Shown here: one piece after another, positions 1-9,437 of the stretch
How positions within the stretch are numbered: position 1 is the first letter of the stretch
Layout: every line of letters begins with the position of its first letter
DNA from: Coleofasciculus chthonoplastes F2-STO-03
GTDB taxonomy: Bacteria; Cyanobacteriota; Cyanobacteriia; Cyanobacteriales; Coleofasciculaceae
Direction of reading: 5' to 3'
NCBI GenBank assembly: GCA_040222015.1
Contig: JAVJWO010000040.1
Location: 64,001-128,000 of the forward strand
DNA length: 64,000 nt
The notes under the pieces: model-generated
The model's database searches: none
The model's input: only the letters and a program-made list of their open reading frames with translations
Told to the model about the DNA's origin: nothing
Translations under genes and position numbers: made by a program

Positions 1-1117
1 GAAGGTAGAAGCCATACCCTTTATCCACACACAGCCGTTTCAGGTGCGATCGCGAGGAGGGTTGAAGAGTGTGTAAGACAGGGTGTCGGATGGGGGGTGT
101 CGGGTGTGGGGTGTAGTGCGGAATACAGTCTTCGGCACGACTCTGTGAATTCTCCCCAGGACTACGCGATCGCCATAATAAATAACCTAATGCACAAATC
201 GTGACAAAAATCAAGGGATGCCACGGATCATGAAGCCAACCCCGATTCCAGTTTGCAGTTCCGGCTGAAATTTGCACCAGCATCTTCAACCAGCCCTGTC
301 CGTAAAACGCTTGTTCAGGTTGCCATGCCTGTTGCACCCGTAAAAAGGCTAGCATGTCCCCAAAACGAATTCCGCAGTAGAGGCTATAGAGTCCTAATCC
401 CCAGGCAGTGGCTAAACTAGGAAGATACGCGATCGCAGGTCTTTTCTCTCGCCAAGCCACCAGCCAAAATGCTCCCGATAGAGCGATTCCTGGTAATCGT
501 GTCGCACTGGCTAATCCTCCCCATAACCCTGACCAACCGTAGTGTTTGCGGTCATAAGCTCGCAAAGCGGCTGTACTCAACAACAGAAATAACCCCTCCG
601 TATAGATTACCGTGCCAAATAGAGAGAAAGGACACCAGGCTAAAACTGCTGTTGTCCAGCGAGCAACTTTTTGTCCATGACTCTCTTGTACCCAAGCATA
701 GAGAAGAGTTAGCGCCCCCCAAAATGCCAGATTATTGACAACCGTCCCCGCTACGTTAAAGGGCAATCCCCCACTCATTACCGCCCGAACGAATAACGGA
801 AACAAGGGAAAGAATGCCACATTATGTCCCTGACCATCATTAACATAGTCATACCCTGAGAGCGTTATCGCCTGATAAAAATAACTATCCCAAGCGGAAA
901 AGACATCCCAACTTACCGTCGGTTGAATGCCCCCAGGTGGCGCAGGCAATAAGGGCGCAATCCCCAGCATTGCGATCGCGATAACCATTCGGCTGAGTAG
1001 CCACATTACCGTAGCAAAAATAACCCCATTCACGTAGATGCCTTTCCCTGATGCCAAACCTACTGATTCAGTTATACAGCCACCCGTCGTCCTTTTTTGA
1101 TTGGGTAGTCGATGCAT
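1..1117 (-). CDS. Membrane mannosyltransferase-like protein (PIG-V/GT-C-like), runs off the window edge; carries a 40-codon in-frame insertion
   Basis: Manual translation (not in the ORF track because the stop lies outside the window): ...SWDVFSAWDS...HNVAFFPLFPL...VIYTEGLFLLLS...ASATRLPG... The WD, AFFPLFP and YTEGLF motifs and many TM segments are typical of this family. Start codon uncertain (ATG 1117 or a later GTG). Confidence 0.8.
   Translation of the reverse strand, partial: MHRLPNQKRTTGGCITESVGLASGKGIYVNGVIFATVMWLLSRMVIAIAMLGIAPLLPAPPGGIQPTVSWDVFSAWDSYFYQAITLSGYDYVNDGQGHNVAFFPLFPLFVRAVMSGGLPFNVAGTVVNNLAFWGALTLLYAWVQESHGQKVARWTTAVLAWCPFSLFGTVIYTEGLFLLLSTAALRAYDRKHYGWSGLWGGLASATRLPGIALSGAFWLVAWREKRPAIAYLPSLATAWGLGLYSLYCGIRFGDMLAFLRVQQAWQPEQAFYGQGWLKMLVQISAGTANWNRGWLHDPWHPLIFVTICALGYLLWRSRSPGENSQSRAEDCIPHYTPHPTPPIRHPVLHTLQPSSRSHLKRLCVDKGYGFYL
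46..173. repeat. 120-bp insertion bounded by directly repeated HIP1 (GCGATCGC at 46-53 and 166-173), containing GGGTGT(C/G/A) short repeats
   Basis: The two HIP1 copies are exactly 120 bp apart, and the segment between them encodes a hydrophilic Pro/His-rich peptide inside a membrane protein. Confidence 0.65.
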
Positions 1118-1129
1118 TAATATTAAGGG

Positions 1130-3238
1130 TTAAATTCCGATAACTAATTCCCAGCTTTTAAGTTTCCCGGTATCCGTCGGCACAGAATCGATAACCCTCA
1201 ACTGCCAATTCCCAAAACTATCCTGATTCAGCAACGACTTGAGTGCAGGGGTATTGTCTACGGAATAAGTGTATTGGAGTTGAGTATTGACACCCAATGT
1301 CCGGCTTTGTAACAACGCCGCCTGACCATTGGGTGATGTTAACTCCACGTCCAAATCTCCCAAAAACTCATGTTCAATATCCACCGTCACCTGAATATCT
1401 TGCACTAAACCAGATTCTGTAATTTGAATCGTGCTAGTCACACCACGGGGATTATCATCGGGAATAGCTAAAGTGTTATCATTTCGTCGTTTAATGACTT
1501 GGGTGACTTTAGCCGTTTGCACTCGTTGTTTTTGGGCAGCTTGTACAGCCTTAAATGCATTGACCTTACCATAACCAAACCATTGGGAATACCCATTCGT
1601 ATCATAGGTTCCCAATCGCATCCCCAGTTGGGGGTCAGCATCACGGTCTACAATTTTATCAGCGGTATCTTGCAAGATGCGTTTCACTTGTGCCGCCGTC
1701 AGATCTGGATTAGCGGAGAGAACCAGTGCAGCAACACCTGCAACAACGGGACAGGCACTTGATGTGCCACCAAAACTCTGCACAAAATCCCCAACTTCAT
1801 ATCCCGCCGCTCCCAGTAAATCTGTGGTAAAGATACCATGACCTGGTGTGGGGGCATTCAATTGGGGAGCCGTACCAATAAAGCCTGTTTTCTCAAACCA
1901 TATTCCTGGCGGCGCATTGTTGCTGGGGGCGCAAACTGCGACATTCGTCCCCCAATTACTGTATGCCGCTTTTTTCCTCAGGCTGGTGCAAGCCGAAACC
2001 GCAATCAAATCTGGATGTACGGCGAAACCACTGAGCCAGTTGGTGGGTCCGTGCAGTAACTCATTTGTCCAACCACGCTCAAAGATGGTGCCATGGATTG
2101 GGCGATTGGCATTTCCGGCGGCAAAGACGATCACACAGCCTTTCCCGCCGCGCCCCTCAGTCGCCGCACGGGTTAGGGCAGCCCGTTGCCGTAGGGAGAG
2201 GGGGAAGTAAACGGTTGCCGCACCCCAGCTACAAGAAACGACGCTGGCGTCATTTTCAATTGCCCAGTCAAATAATTCTTCAACACTCGTGTCATCCAGA
2301 AACCCACTGGTGCGAATGGGCATTAGCGCACATCCGGGTGCGACACCGACAATACCCTGACCATTTTCTTCAGCCACGGCAATCCCTGCACAAGCGGTGC
2401 CATGACTTTCACCAGAACCACTGGGTAGCGGAATGAAGTCTTTGTCTTTAAAGTCTTTGGGCGCGACAATTTTTCCGGTGCCTTGAAAATCAGGATGATT
2501 GACATCAATGGCATCATCGGCTATGGCGACAACAATAGAACGATCGCCTCGGGTAATATCCCAGGCTTTTTCGATGTCGATATGAGAATTGGGGGCTAAT
2601 TTTGTACCGCCGCTATGGTTGAGATACCACTGTTGAGGGTATAAGGAGTCTTGGGGATGGTAGCTCGGCTGTTTGGGGACAATGATCTGGGGTTCTGCGG
2701 TTAAGACTTGGGGACGTGTGATCAGTCGATTGGCTATTTTGAGCGGATTCTCTGGGGAATTCGGGGTGAGTTGAAAGATAAAGGTGTTGGGAATACCAAT
2801 GAGCGATCGCACGGATTTTAAGCCAAATTCGGTCTCAATGGCGGAGATTGTGGCGTCATCGGTGTCTGGGTGAAATTGAATCGTCAGTTGATCGCCCAGG
2901 TAAATTAAGGTGGCTGGATTGTCCTTGAGTTGGTAAACATGACTAGCAAAGACAACCTCTTCGCGATCGCGTGCCGCTTGCATCACCTCATCCCGTTGTT
3001 CGGCGTCAACCGTAAATTCAACGAGCTGGGTGCGGGCAATTTGGCGCTGGTGTTGAACCCTTAAAGTTTGTTCGAGTTGCTCGACGGGGATTTCAGGGGA
3101 GCGCATAGTGAAGCGATCGCGCACCTTGAGTAATCCTAGTTCTTCACCGCCCCGTTGCAAGAGCAGACCCATGCTTTCTTCGGGAATCGGCGTGGTTTGA
3201 GGAGAATCATCTGGCACAGAATCAGGATGCGGGATCAT
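1130..3238 (-). CDS. S8 subtilisin-like serine protease with C-terminal proprotein-convertase P domain
   Basis: Catalytic motifs VAIADDAID, HGTACAG, AAGN and GGTSSACP; P-domain motifs (IEHEFLGDL, GNWQLRVID). Confidence 0.92.
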   Translation of the reverse strand: MIPHPDSVPDDSPQTTPIPEESMGLLLQRGGEELGLLKVRDRFTMRSPEIPVEQLEQTLRVQHQRQIARTQLVEFTVDAEQRDEVMQAARDREEVVFASHVYQLKDNPATLIYLGDQLTIQFHPDTDDATISAIETEFGLKSVRSLIGIPNTFIFQLTPNSPENPLKIANRLITRPQVLTAEPQIIVPKQPSYHPQDSLYPQQWYLNHSGGTKLAPNSHIDIEKAWDITRGDRSIVVAIADDAIDVNHPDFQGTGKIVAPKDFKDKDFIPLPSGSGESHGTACAGIAVAEENGQGIVGVAPGCALMPIRTSGFLDDTSVEELFDWAIENDASVVSCSWGAATVYFPLSLRQRAALTRAATEGRGGKGCVIVFAAGNANRPIHGTIFERGWTNELLHGPTNWLSGFAVHPDLIAVSACTSLRKKAAYSNWGTNVAVCAPSNNAPPGIWFEKTGFIGTAPQLNAPTPGHGIFTTDLLGAAGYEVGDFVQSFGGTSSACPVVAGVAALVLSANPDLTAAQVKRILQDTADKIVDRDADPQLGMRLGTYDTNGYSQWFGYGKVNAFKAVQAAQKQRVQTAKVTQVIKRRNDNTLAIPDDNPRGVTSTIQITESGLVQDIQVTVDIEHEFLGDLDVELTSPNGQAALLQSRTLGVNTQLQYTYSVDNTPALKSLLNQDSFGNWQLRVIDSVPTDTGKLKSWELVIGI

Positions 3239-3527
3239 GGTTTAGAATAGACTATTCGTCAATCGTACAGGATCATTAAATGATGAATATTTTTCTTTAT
3301 CCTACTTACTCCGGATTTCTAAGAAACCTTCCGGGTATTGTTTCAGTCTACCTGGTTTAGACAGCAGAACTGCCTTGGAATCGGGTCATCGCTGATGGTT
3401 AGTGATGGACGGCAAATTCCCTGCCCTCAAGTTTAGCGATCGTCATCTGACTCCCCTTGCCGCATCTGGCGATGGTAAGATACCCGAAGGTTTCTGTGTT
3501 TGTTAAAATATTATCCCTATTTTTTAC

Positions 3528-4154
3528 ATGGTCTCTTCTGGAACGATTCATAGCCTTGGCTTTACCTGCCTTGTTGCCTTTCCCTTCACGACGAGTGTGG
3601 CGCTCTTATCCCCCGCCCACGCTCAAACTCAAGTGGCTGCGCTTCCAGAAGAGGTCAGCCAAATGCAGCCTGAGCCAGATGATTCTACTGAGCTACGCCC
3701 CTTAACTCAGGAAGATAGCCTGCTGAGTTTACAGGGGGGAGAGCGGTTAATGGTAGAGGCAAATCAAGCCATTGAAGCTCAAGACTATACGTTAGCCTCT
3801 CAAAAACTTCAACAAGCGCGTCAAGTTTTCAACCAATTGTCTAATTTCTATCAGCAGTTGGCTGAAAGTTTTTCGGGAATTGATAACCGGATTTTCAATG
3901 AACATCGGCAAAACGCACTCAAGACAGCAGAAATGCGGGACGAAGCCACTTATCAGTTAGCGTTGGTGCATCGCGCCCAAGATCAACCGGAATTAGCGGT
4001 TCCCTTGCTGATTCAGATCATTCGTTCTCAGAATCCCACCCGTGATTTGGGCAAAAAAGCTTACCAGCAGCTTTTTGAATTGGGATTCGTTGGTTCTCCC
4101 TTCCCCCCCTCTGGCAATAGCGAACCGACTTCATCCGTGACTCCAGAACGTTAA
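3528..4154 (+). CDS. Conserved cyanobacterial exported helical (TPR-like) protein
   Basis: Signal-peptide-like N-terminus (...SPAHAQ), followed by an all-helical region with YQLALVHRAQDQPELAVPLL. Confidence 0.7.
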   Translation: MVSSGTIHSLGFTCLVAFPFTTSVALLSPAHAQTQVAALPEEVSQMQPEPDDSTELRPLTQEDSLLSLQGGERLMVEANQAIEAQDYTLASQKLQQARQVFNQLSNFYQQLAESFSGIDNRIFNEHRQNALKTAEMRDEATYQLALVHRAQDQPELAVPLLIQIIRSQNPTRDLGKKAYQQLFELGFVGSPFPPSGNSEPTSSVTPER

Positions 4155-4160
4155 ATTAAC

Positions 4161-5569
4161 GTAGCCGCGAAAGTCCTCACCCTCAACGAAGTAGGGTGAG
4201 GATGGACAGCGGGAACCCTTCGACTCCGCTCAGGGTTAAATTGAGGAACGAAATTTCCCATCTTCCGGAAGAACTTACCCTAAATAGTATATACTGGTAA
4301 GAGGATGTGAAAACAATGCGACATCAAGCCGTCAAAGTGAGGCTATACCCGACAACTGAACAGCAAGTAATATTAGCCCAACACTTTGGTTGTAGCCGTT
4401 GGTGGTGGAATTATGCACTTAATTTGTGTATTGAAACTTACCAGGCAACGAATAAAGGTTTGACTCGTTCCGCATTGAATGCACTCTTGCCTAAGCTCAA
4501 GAAACAGGAGGAAACCGAGTGGTTATCTGAATGTTATTCTCAAGTCTTGCAATCTACCACACTAAATCTAGTAACTGCCTATAAAAATTTCTTTGAAGGT
4601 AGAGCTAGATACCCAAGGTTTAAGGCTAAAAGGAATAGGCAATCTATTCAGTATCCCCAATCGGTTAAGATTGCTGATGGTTGCCTTAAGTTTCCCGGTC
4701 GTGTTGGCGTAGTTAAAGCTAAAATACATCGATCAATTGAAGGAACTATCAAGACGGTAACAGTCAGCATGACCCCATCGGGTAAATATTTTGCTTCTGT
4801 GTTGATGGAACTAGAAGGAGATAATCCACCGACTAACACCGATGGCAAGGTAGCGGGAATTGATTTGGGGTTAAAGGATTTCGCTATCGTTAACGATGGG
4901 GTCAAGACCTCTAAGTTTGCTAACCCTAATCATTTAGCCAAACATGAACGCAACTTAGCCAACAAACAACGGAGATTAGCCAGAAAGGAGAAAGGAAGTA
5001 ACTCAAGAAATAAAGCCAGAAAACTGGTAGCTAGGGTTCACGAACGAGTTAGTAATGTCCGCCAAGACTACTTGCATAAGCTATCCAGAAAGCTGGTTGA
5101 CGAAAACCAAGTTATCGTAGTCGAAAGTCTAAATACTAAGGGCATGGTTCGTAACCACAAACTAGCCAAAGCAATTTCTGATGTAGGCTGGGGAATGTTT
5201 GTCAATTTCCTATCATACAAGCTCGAAAAAGAAGGCAAGGTATTGGTAGAGATTGATCGCTGGTTTCCTAGTTCTAAACTCTGCTCAAACTGCCATTATC
5301 AGGTAGCTGAAATGCCGCTAGAGGTTAGGGAATGGACTTGCCCTAGCTGTGGTATACATCATGATAGAGACGGCAACGCCTCAGCAAACATTAGAGCAGA
5401 AGGCATCAGAATGCTTCGACAGGCTCAGCAACATCTATCGGTCTCAGGGACTGGGACTGCTGCTGATGGAGGGGATGTGAGACCGAAGCTTGGACGTAAG
5501 TCTAAGTTGACGCAATCCCCTGTGAAATCAGAAGCTCAGGCTTCTACGAAGTAAGCCTGAGTAGTTCAC
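4161..5569 (+). mobile_element. IS200/IS605-family element, tnpB-only (IS1341-like)
   Basis: Left subterminal hairpin TCCTCACCCT-caacgaagt-AGGGTGAGGA (4174-4202); right hairpin CTCAGGCTT-ctacgaagt-AAGCCTGAG (5535-5561) followed by TTCAC (5565-5569). Left boundary is approximate. Confidence 0.85.
4307..5554 (+). CDS. tnpB: RNA-guided endonuclease TnpB
   Basis: N-terminal [10 protein letters not shown]...[12 protein letters not shown]; RuvC-I GIDLGLK; RuvC-II VVESLN; Zn finger CSNC...CPSC; RuvC-III HDRDGNA. Confidence 0.95.
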   Translation: MKTMRHQAVKVRLYPTTEQQVILAQHFGCSRWWWNYALNLCIETYQATNKGLTRSALNALLPKLKKQEETEWLSECYSQVLQSTTLNLVTAYKNFFEGRARYPRFKAKRNRQSIQYPQSVKIADGCLKFPGRVGVVKAKIHRSIEGTIKTVTVSMTPSGKYFASVLMELEGDNPPTNTDGKVAGIDLGLKDFAIVNDGVKTSKFANPNHLAKHERNLANKQRRLARKEKGSNSRNKARKLVARVHERVSNVRQDYLHKLSRKLVDENQVIVVESLNTKGMVRNHKLAKAISDVGWGMFVNFLSYKLEKEGKVLVEIDRWFPSSKLCSNCHYQVAEMPLEVREWTCPSCGIHHDRDGNASANIRAEGIRMLRQAQQHLSVSGTGTAADGGDVRPKLGRKSKLTQSPVKSEAQASTK

Positions 5570-5601
5570 TATGTAGAACGTTGAAGAAAAATGGAGTGGG
5601 T

Positions 5602-5862
5602 ATGATTAGTCCAGAGCAAGTTGAGACAATGATCAAAGCAGAACTTCCTGATGCTCAGGTACAGGTACAAGACTTAACCGGCGGTGGTGATCATCTGCAA
5701 GCGATCGTGGTATCCTCCCAGTTTGAAGGCAAAAGCTTGGTAAAACAGCACCAGCTTGTCTACGGCGCTCTCCAGCAAGCAATGGCAAGCGAAGCCATTC
5801 ACGCCCTAGCGCTGAAAACCTATACCCCTGCATCGTGGCAAGCTACCCGTCAGGCTGTATAA
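5602..5862 (+). CDS. bolA: BolA family protein
   Basis: [28 protein letters not shown]...IHALALKT; lies next to a monothiol glutaredoxin. Confidence 0.93.
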   Translation: MISPEQVETMIKAELPDAQVQVQDLTGGGDHLQAIVVSSQFEGKSLVKQHQLVYGALQQAMASEAIHALALKTYTPASWQATRQAV

Positions 5863-5915
5863 ACTCTCGCTACACTAGACCCATACAAAACTACACAAGA
5901 CATTGCAGCAAAGCT

Positions 5916-6239
5916 ATGACGCCAGCAGTTAAAGAACGGATTGACCAGCTCATCAACCAGGACAAAATTGTGGTGTTTATGAAAGGCACCAAACTGATGC
6001 CCCAATGTGGTTTTTCCAACAATGTTGTCCAAATCCTGAATACCTTGGGTGTTTCCTACGCAACCGTGAATGTTCTCGATGATCCGGAAGTGCGTCAAGG
6101 CATTAAGGACTATTCCAATTGGCCCACGATTCCCCAAGTTTACGTGAATGGCGAGTTCATTGGTGGCTCAGATGTGATGATCGAGCTTTATCAGAACGGC
6201 GAATTACAGCAGATGGTTGAAGTAGCATTGGCATCTTGA
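5916..6239 (+). CDS. grxD: Monothiol glutaredoxin (Grx4 family)
   Basis: [13 protein letters not shown] active site; [18 protein letters not shown]. Confidence 0.95.
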   Translation: MTPAVKERIDQLINQDKIVVFMKGTKLMPQCGFSNNVVQILNTLGVSYATVNVLDDPEVRQGIKDYSNWPTIPQVYVNGEFIGGSDVMIELYQNGELQQMVEVALAS

Positions 6240-6278
6240 TATATTCCCCGTTCTAAGCTAGAAAGCGTAAAATTAACC

Positions 6279-6304
6279 AAAAAGCCTGCTTAAGCAGGCT
6301 TTTT
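6279..6304. terminator. Bidirectional intrinsic terminator
   Basis: Perfect palindrome AAAAAGCCTGCTTAAGCAGGCTTTTT between convergent genes. Confidence 0.75.
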
Positions 6305-6312
6305 CAATCTAT

Positions 6313-6404
6313 TAGGACTTACGCAAAGGCTCTATTTGTAGGGTGTGTTAGCGTAGCGTAACGCACCGCAAGCCGCTATCAGTGGTGTGTCTGCGTAAGT
6401 CCTG
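6313..6404. mobile_element. 92-bp MITE with AGGACTTACGCA terminal inverted repeats and 5-bp TSD (TCTAT)
   Basis: AGGACTTACGCA at 6314-6325 and TGCGTAAGTCCT at 6392-6403; TCTAT at 6308-6312 and 6405-6409. Confidence 0.8.
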
Positions 6405-6427
6405 TCTATGCTTAACCTAAGAACAAT

Positions 6428-6451
6428 GTAGAGACGTGCCATGGCGCGTCT
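6428..6451. repeat. GTAG-type REP palindrome (GTAGAGACG-GCCATGGC-CGTCT family), partial copy
   Basis: Other copies at 20042-20069 and 50865-50892, and a degenerate copy at 50141-50168. Confidence 0.75.
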
Positions 6452-6537
6452 GGGAGCTACCGGAGATTGGCAAGGATTGTGGCTTAAGTTGACACAGGTG
6501 AAGGGAGAGCGCCCACACCGAAGTCCCTCATCCAGGT

Positions 6538-6789
6538 TTAATAGTAGTCAGTTTCGGGTTCTGGTAAAGGTACGGCTTCAAAGTTGGAGGGATCGCGTAG
6601 ATAACGAACAGCATCTTCCTCCAAGCGATGAATCAAATAAACTTCTATAGCATTACTATGTCGAAGAGCATCAAGATAGCCATCAATGTATAACCGCAGT
6701 TCGTCAAAGCGATATCCCCGGTTCCACATAAAAACTAGAGCATCTGTAAGTTGCTGATAGTAGCGTATGGTTCGAGTGTCTTGAAGCAT
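6538..6789 (-). CDS. Conserved small cyanobacterial hypothetical protein
   Basis: MLQDTRTIRYYQQLTDALV...YLRDPSNF resembles a conserved cyanobacterial small protein. Confidence 0.7.
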   Translation of the reverse strand: MLQDTRTIRYYQQLTDALVFMWNRGYRFDELRLYIDGYLDALRHSNAIEVYLIHRLEEDAVRYLRDPSNFEAVPLPEPETDYY

Positions 6790-7010
6790 GGTCTAAAGCA
6801 GTGTGAATTCGGTATTTTAGCGTTAGAGTTACTAATTGTCAATTTTTTCAAGTTGACCCCTAGCAACTCTAGCTAGCCCTTACTACTATTGTGCCTTAGA
6901 TCAGTTGACAATGTGGTCACCTGATTGACAGAAATGAACGACTCCGCTCATACTGCGATTTCCATAATGAATCAGCCAACGAAATTTTATATCATAACAA
7001 AGCGATTTAG

Positions 7011-7712
7011 TCAATCCACTAAATGATTTTCCAGGGCAAAACGCACAATTTCGGCTCGGTTGCTGGTTTCGGTTTTTCTCAGAAGACTGCTGACGTATTT
7101 TTCAATCGTTCGAGGACTCAGGTGTAGCTTGTTCCCAATTTCGCTATTGGATAACCCTGTGGTCAGTAACTCTAAAACCTGTTGTTCCCGCTGAGTTAGA
7201 CGCAGTACATTGGATGGGGAGGTGGGGGAGGCGATCGCACGGGGAGTTGATTCGGATTTTGGCAGAGTATCCGGAGTCTCCGGCGATGGGGGTGATTGTC
7301 CTGTATCAGTGGAAGAGAATCGCAATTCGGCTTGCATCATCTGAGACCGTTCCAGCAGATTCCGAATTACAGCACTCAATTCCTTCATTTCAAAGGGTTT
7401 GGGCAAATACAAGTCACATCCTAACTGGTAGCCCTTAATCCGCTCATCAGTACTACTGCGCTCCGTTAAAAAAACCACAGGTAACAAGCGGAAAGCTGGT
7501 CGTTTCCGAACTTGTTGCACAAGTTCATAGCCATTCAATTTCGGCATATTGATATCGGTGACGATTAGGTGAGGATGATACTTGTCAATCAGAGACAGAG
7601 CCTCTTGACCATCTTCTGCCGTTACAACTGAATAGCCTGACATTTCCAGGTAATCGCTCACAGAAAGACGAGTACCTAGGTTGTCATCTACAACCAGGAT
7701 TATCAATGGCAT
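7011..7712 (-). CDS. NarL/LuxR-family response regulator (Ycf29-like)
   Basis: Receiver motifs LVVDD, TDINMP and YLPKPF; LuxR HTH LTQREQQVLELLTTGLSNSEIGNKLHLSPRTIEKYVS. Confidence 0.92.
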   Translation of the reverse strand: MPLIILVVDDNLGTRLSVSDYLEMSGYSVVTAEDGQEALSLIDKYHPHLIVTDINMPKLNGYELVQQVRKRPAFRLLPVVFLTERSSTDERIKGYQLGCDLYLPKPFEMKELSAVIRNLLERSQMMQAELRFSSTDTGQSPPSPETPDTLPKSESTPRAIASPTSPSNVLRLTQREQQVLELLTTGLSNSEIGNKLHLSPRTIEKYVSSLLRKTETSNRAEIVRFALENHLVD

Positions 7713-7764
7713 GAGAATAACTGCAATACAAGCCTATATAATAGTGGAGACATCTAGGGATTTT

Positions 7765-7941
7765 CTAGAGCATCGGTGCGCCCCCCACAGTGGCAACGAA
7801 ATAGGAGTTTGTCCACAGTGTCGGAATTCGACTTTTGAGCCACGAGAATTCTTGCCTGAGGTATCGAGAAGAACGCCCTTTCATAATTCTCACCAGCTTA
7901 GTGATGCCGTACTGCGGATCTATCTCAACGAGAACATGAAC
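7765..7941 (-). pseudogene. tnpA: IS200/IS605 TnpA (Y1 HUH transposase) fragment
   Basis: Manual translation VHVLVEIDPQYGITKLVRIMKGRSSRYLRQEFSWLKSRIPTLWTNSYFVATVGGAPML* contains the KGRSS and LWTNSYFV.TVG TnpA motifs. The N-terminus and the catalytic-Tyr helix are missing. Confidence 0.85.
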
Positions 7942-7989
7942 TTGTAGGAATGACCGGCTCTCCTTGCGTCCGCTTGTAAAAGTTAGTTC

Positions 7990-8175
7990 CTATTGACCAA
8001 ACTCAATCCTAGCTTGCTCAACAATATCTACGGTAACGACATCCAAATCCGCTTCACGAGCTAAATGCTCAATCCGTTGTCGAGCTTGAGTACGCACAAA
8101 ATAAGGTATTTTTTTGAGTTTCGCCTTAGCTTCGGGTGTCCAGTCTAAGGTATCTGTATAATTAGCGCTGTTCAT
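7990..8175 (-). CDS. PCP_red-domain small protein (ChlB C-terminal-like)
   Basis: [30 protein letters not shown]...VT motif. Confidence 0.8.
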   Translation of the reverse strand: MNSANYTDTLDWTPEAKAKLKKIPYFVRTQARQRIEHLAREADLDVVTVDIVEQARIEFGQ

Positions 8176-8239
8176 AGTTCAATGCAAGCGGGAGACTTTT
8201 CTCATTCCGCTTTGATCTTAACCCAGAGGGGCAGGAGGC

Positions 8240-8357
8240 GGGGAGCTGGGGGAGCTGGGGGAGCTGGGGAAGCTGGGGGAGCTGGGGAAGAGGATTACCG
8301 ATGAACCATGAACAATCAACAAATGACGAATGACAAATGACAAATGACAAATGACGA
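8240..8357. repeat. Short tandem repeats: GGGGAGCTG 9-mer x5 and CAAATGA heptamer x5 (STRR-like)
   Basis: Directly visible at 8240-8290 and 8320-8357. Confidence 0.9.
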
Positions 8358-8394
8358 TCAGAGCCATTAACTTTTATTGTGCCTATCTACTTAA

Positions 8395-9318
8395 CTAAAT
8401 CCCAGCTAACCAATCGAGTAACATCTGATTAAACTGTTCTGGGCATTCATCATGAGGACAATGACCCGCATTATCCAACTCGATCAACTTGATATTCGGG
8501 TTGAGAGCGGCAAACTGCTGGGCTAACTGGGAAGGAATCATCCGGTCTTGACGCCCCCAAATTAACAGTATAGGACTATCCAAAGTCGGCAAAACTGATT
8601 TGACCGGAGGACCAAATTTAGATGAAGTCATCGCTTTAAACAGCGCACTAAATGTAGCCGCCGCCCCGCGATCGCGAGCAGGGTGGGTGAGAATGTCCAC
8701 TAATTCTGCATCAATAGCGCTAGGGTTGGCATAAGCAAGTCCTGCCCATTTCTGGACAATTGATGGGCGTCGCAGCAGATAAAAAAGACTTTGGAGCACC
8801 ACAGGAGACGCGACTAGACCCTCAACTGTTGATACCACAGGTCTCAGCCAAGTCGGAAGTGCCTCTTCTCGGAGGGAAAAATCTGGCAAATTAACCAAGG
8901 CAAGTCCCTTAACCATCTCCGGGTGAGTGGCGGCTGCGCTCAGAGCCACCAGTGAACCGATTGAGTTCCCCACTAACACTACGGGGTGTTGAATCAAGGT
9001 TCGCCAGAATTCATAAACTTGATTGACCCACAACTCAATCGTATACCTTGTCACAGCTTTGCGCGAACTGCCAAACCCCAACAGATCTAGCGCATAAACC
9101 GGGTAGTTCTGACCCAGTACAGGTAGGTTATGACGCCAATGTCCGATGGAAGTACCAAATCCATGCAGCAGCAGAACGGGAGGAGTCAATGTTGAGTGAG
9201 ACTGCGGTGGACGAATATAAGTATAACGAGTCTGCCAACCTTGCCAAACCCAGTCTCGTTGATTGCCGACTCGTTGCTGCCACGATACCGATGGATTCAC
9301 ACCATGCCTCAACTTCAA
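8395..9318 (-). CDS. Alpha/beta fold hydrolase
   Basis: LLLHGFG, ALDLLGFG, nucleophile elbow GNSIG, WGRQD, AGHCPHDE. Confidence 0.92.
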   Translation of the reverse strand: MKLRHGVNPSVSWQQRVGNQRDWVWQGWQTRYTYIRPPQSHSTLTPPVLLLHGFGTSIGHWRHNLPVLGQNYPVYALDLLGFGSSRKAVTRYTIELWVNQVYEFWRTLIQHPVVLVGNSIGSLVALSAAATHPEMVKGLALVNLPDFSLREEALPTWLRPVVSTVEGLVASPVVLQSLFYLLRRPSIVQKWAGLAYANPSAIDAELVDILTHPARDRGAAATFSALFKAMTSSKFGPPVKSVLPTLDSPILLIWGRQDRMIPSQLAQQFAALNPNIKLIELDNAGHCPHDECPEQFNQMLLDWLAGI

Positions 9319-9437
9319 AAACGTTTACAACTCCTTACCTATTATGGACAGAAACTGGATCAGAGTCAGTAAAATGGCAAGTAAAATCCGCTTACTTTTA
9401 TCCAACCCTTAACAACTAGAAATTCAAGCAGACACCC

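Noticed and set aside
469..738. 89-aa plus-strand ORF and the many other short ORFs overlapping long genes
   Set aside because: They are antisense or out-of-frame shadows of well-supported CDSs and have no motifs.
7681..7947. 88-aa plus-strand ORF or a possible ncRNA in this gap
   Set aside because: The interval is explained by the minus-strand tnpA relic.
8162..8350. 62-aa ORF with LPQLPQ repeats
   Set aside because: It is a translation of 9-mer and 7-mer tandem repeats.
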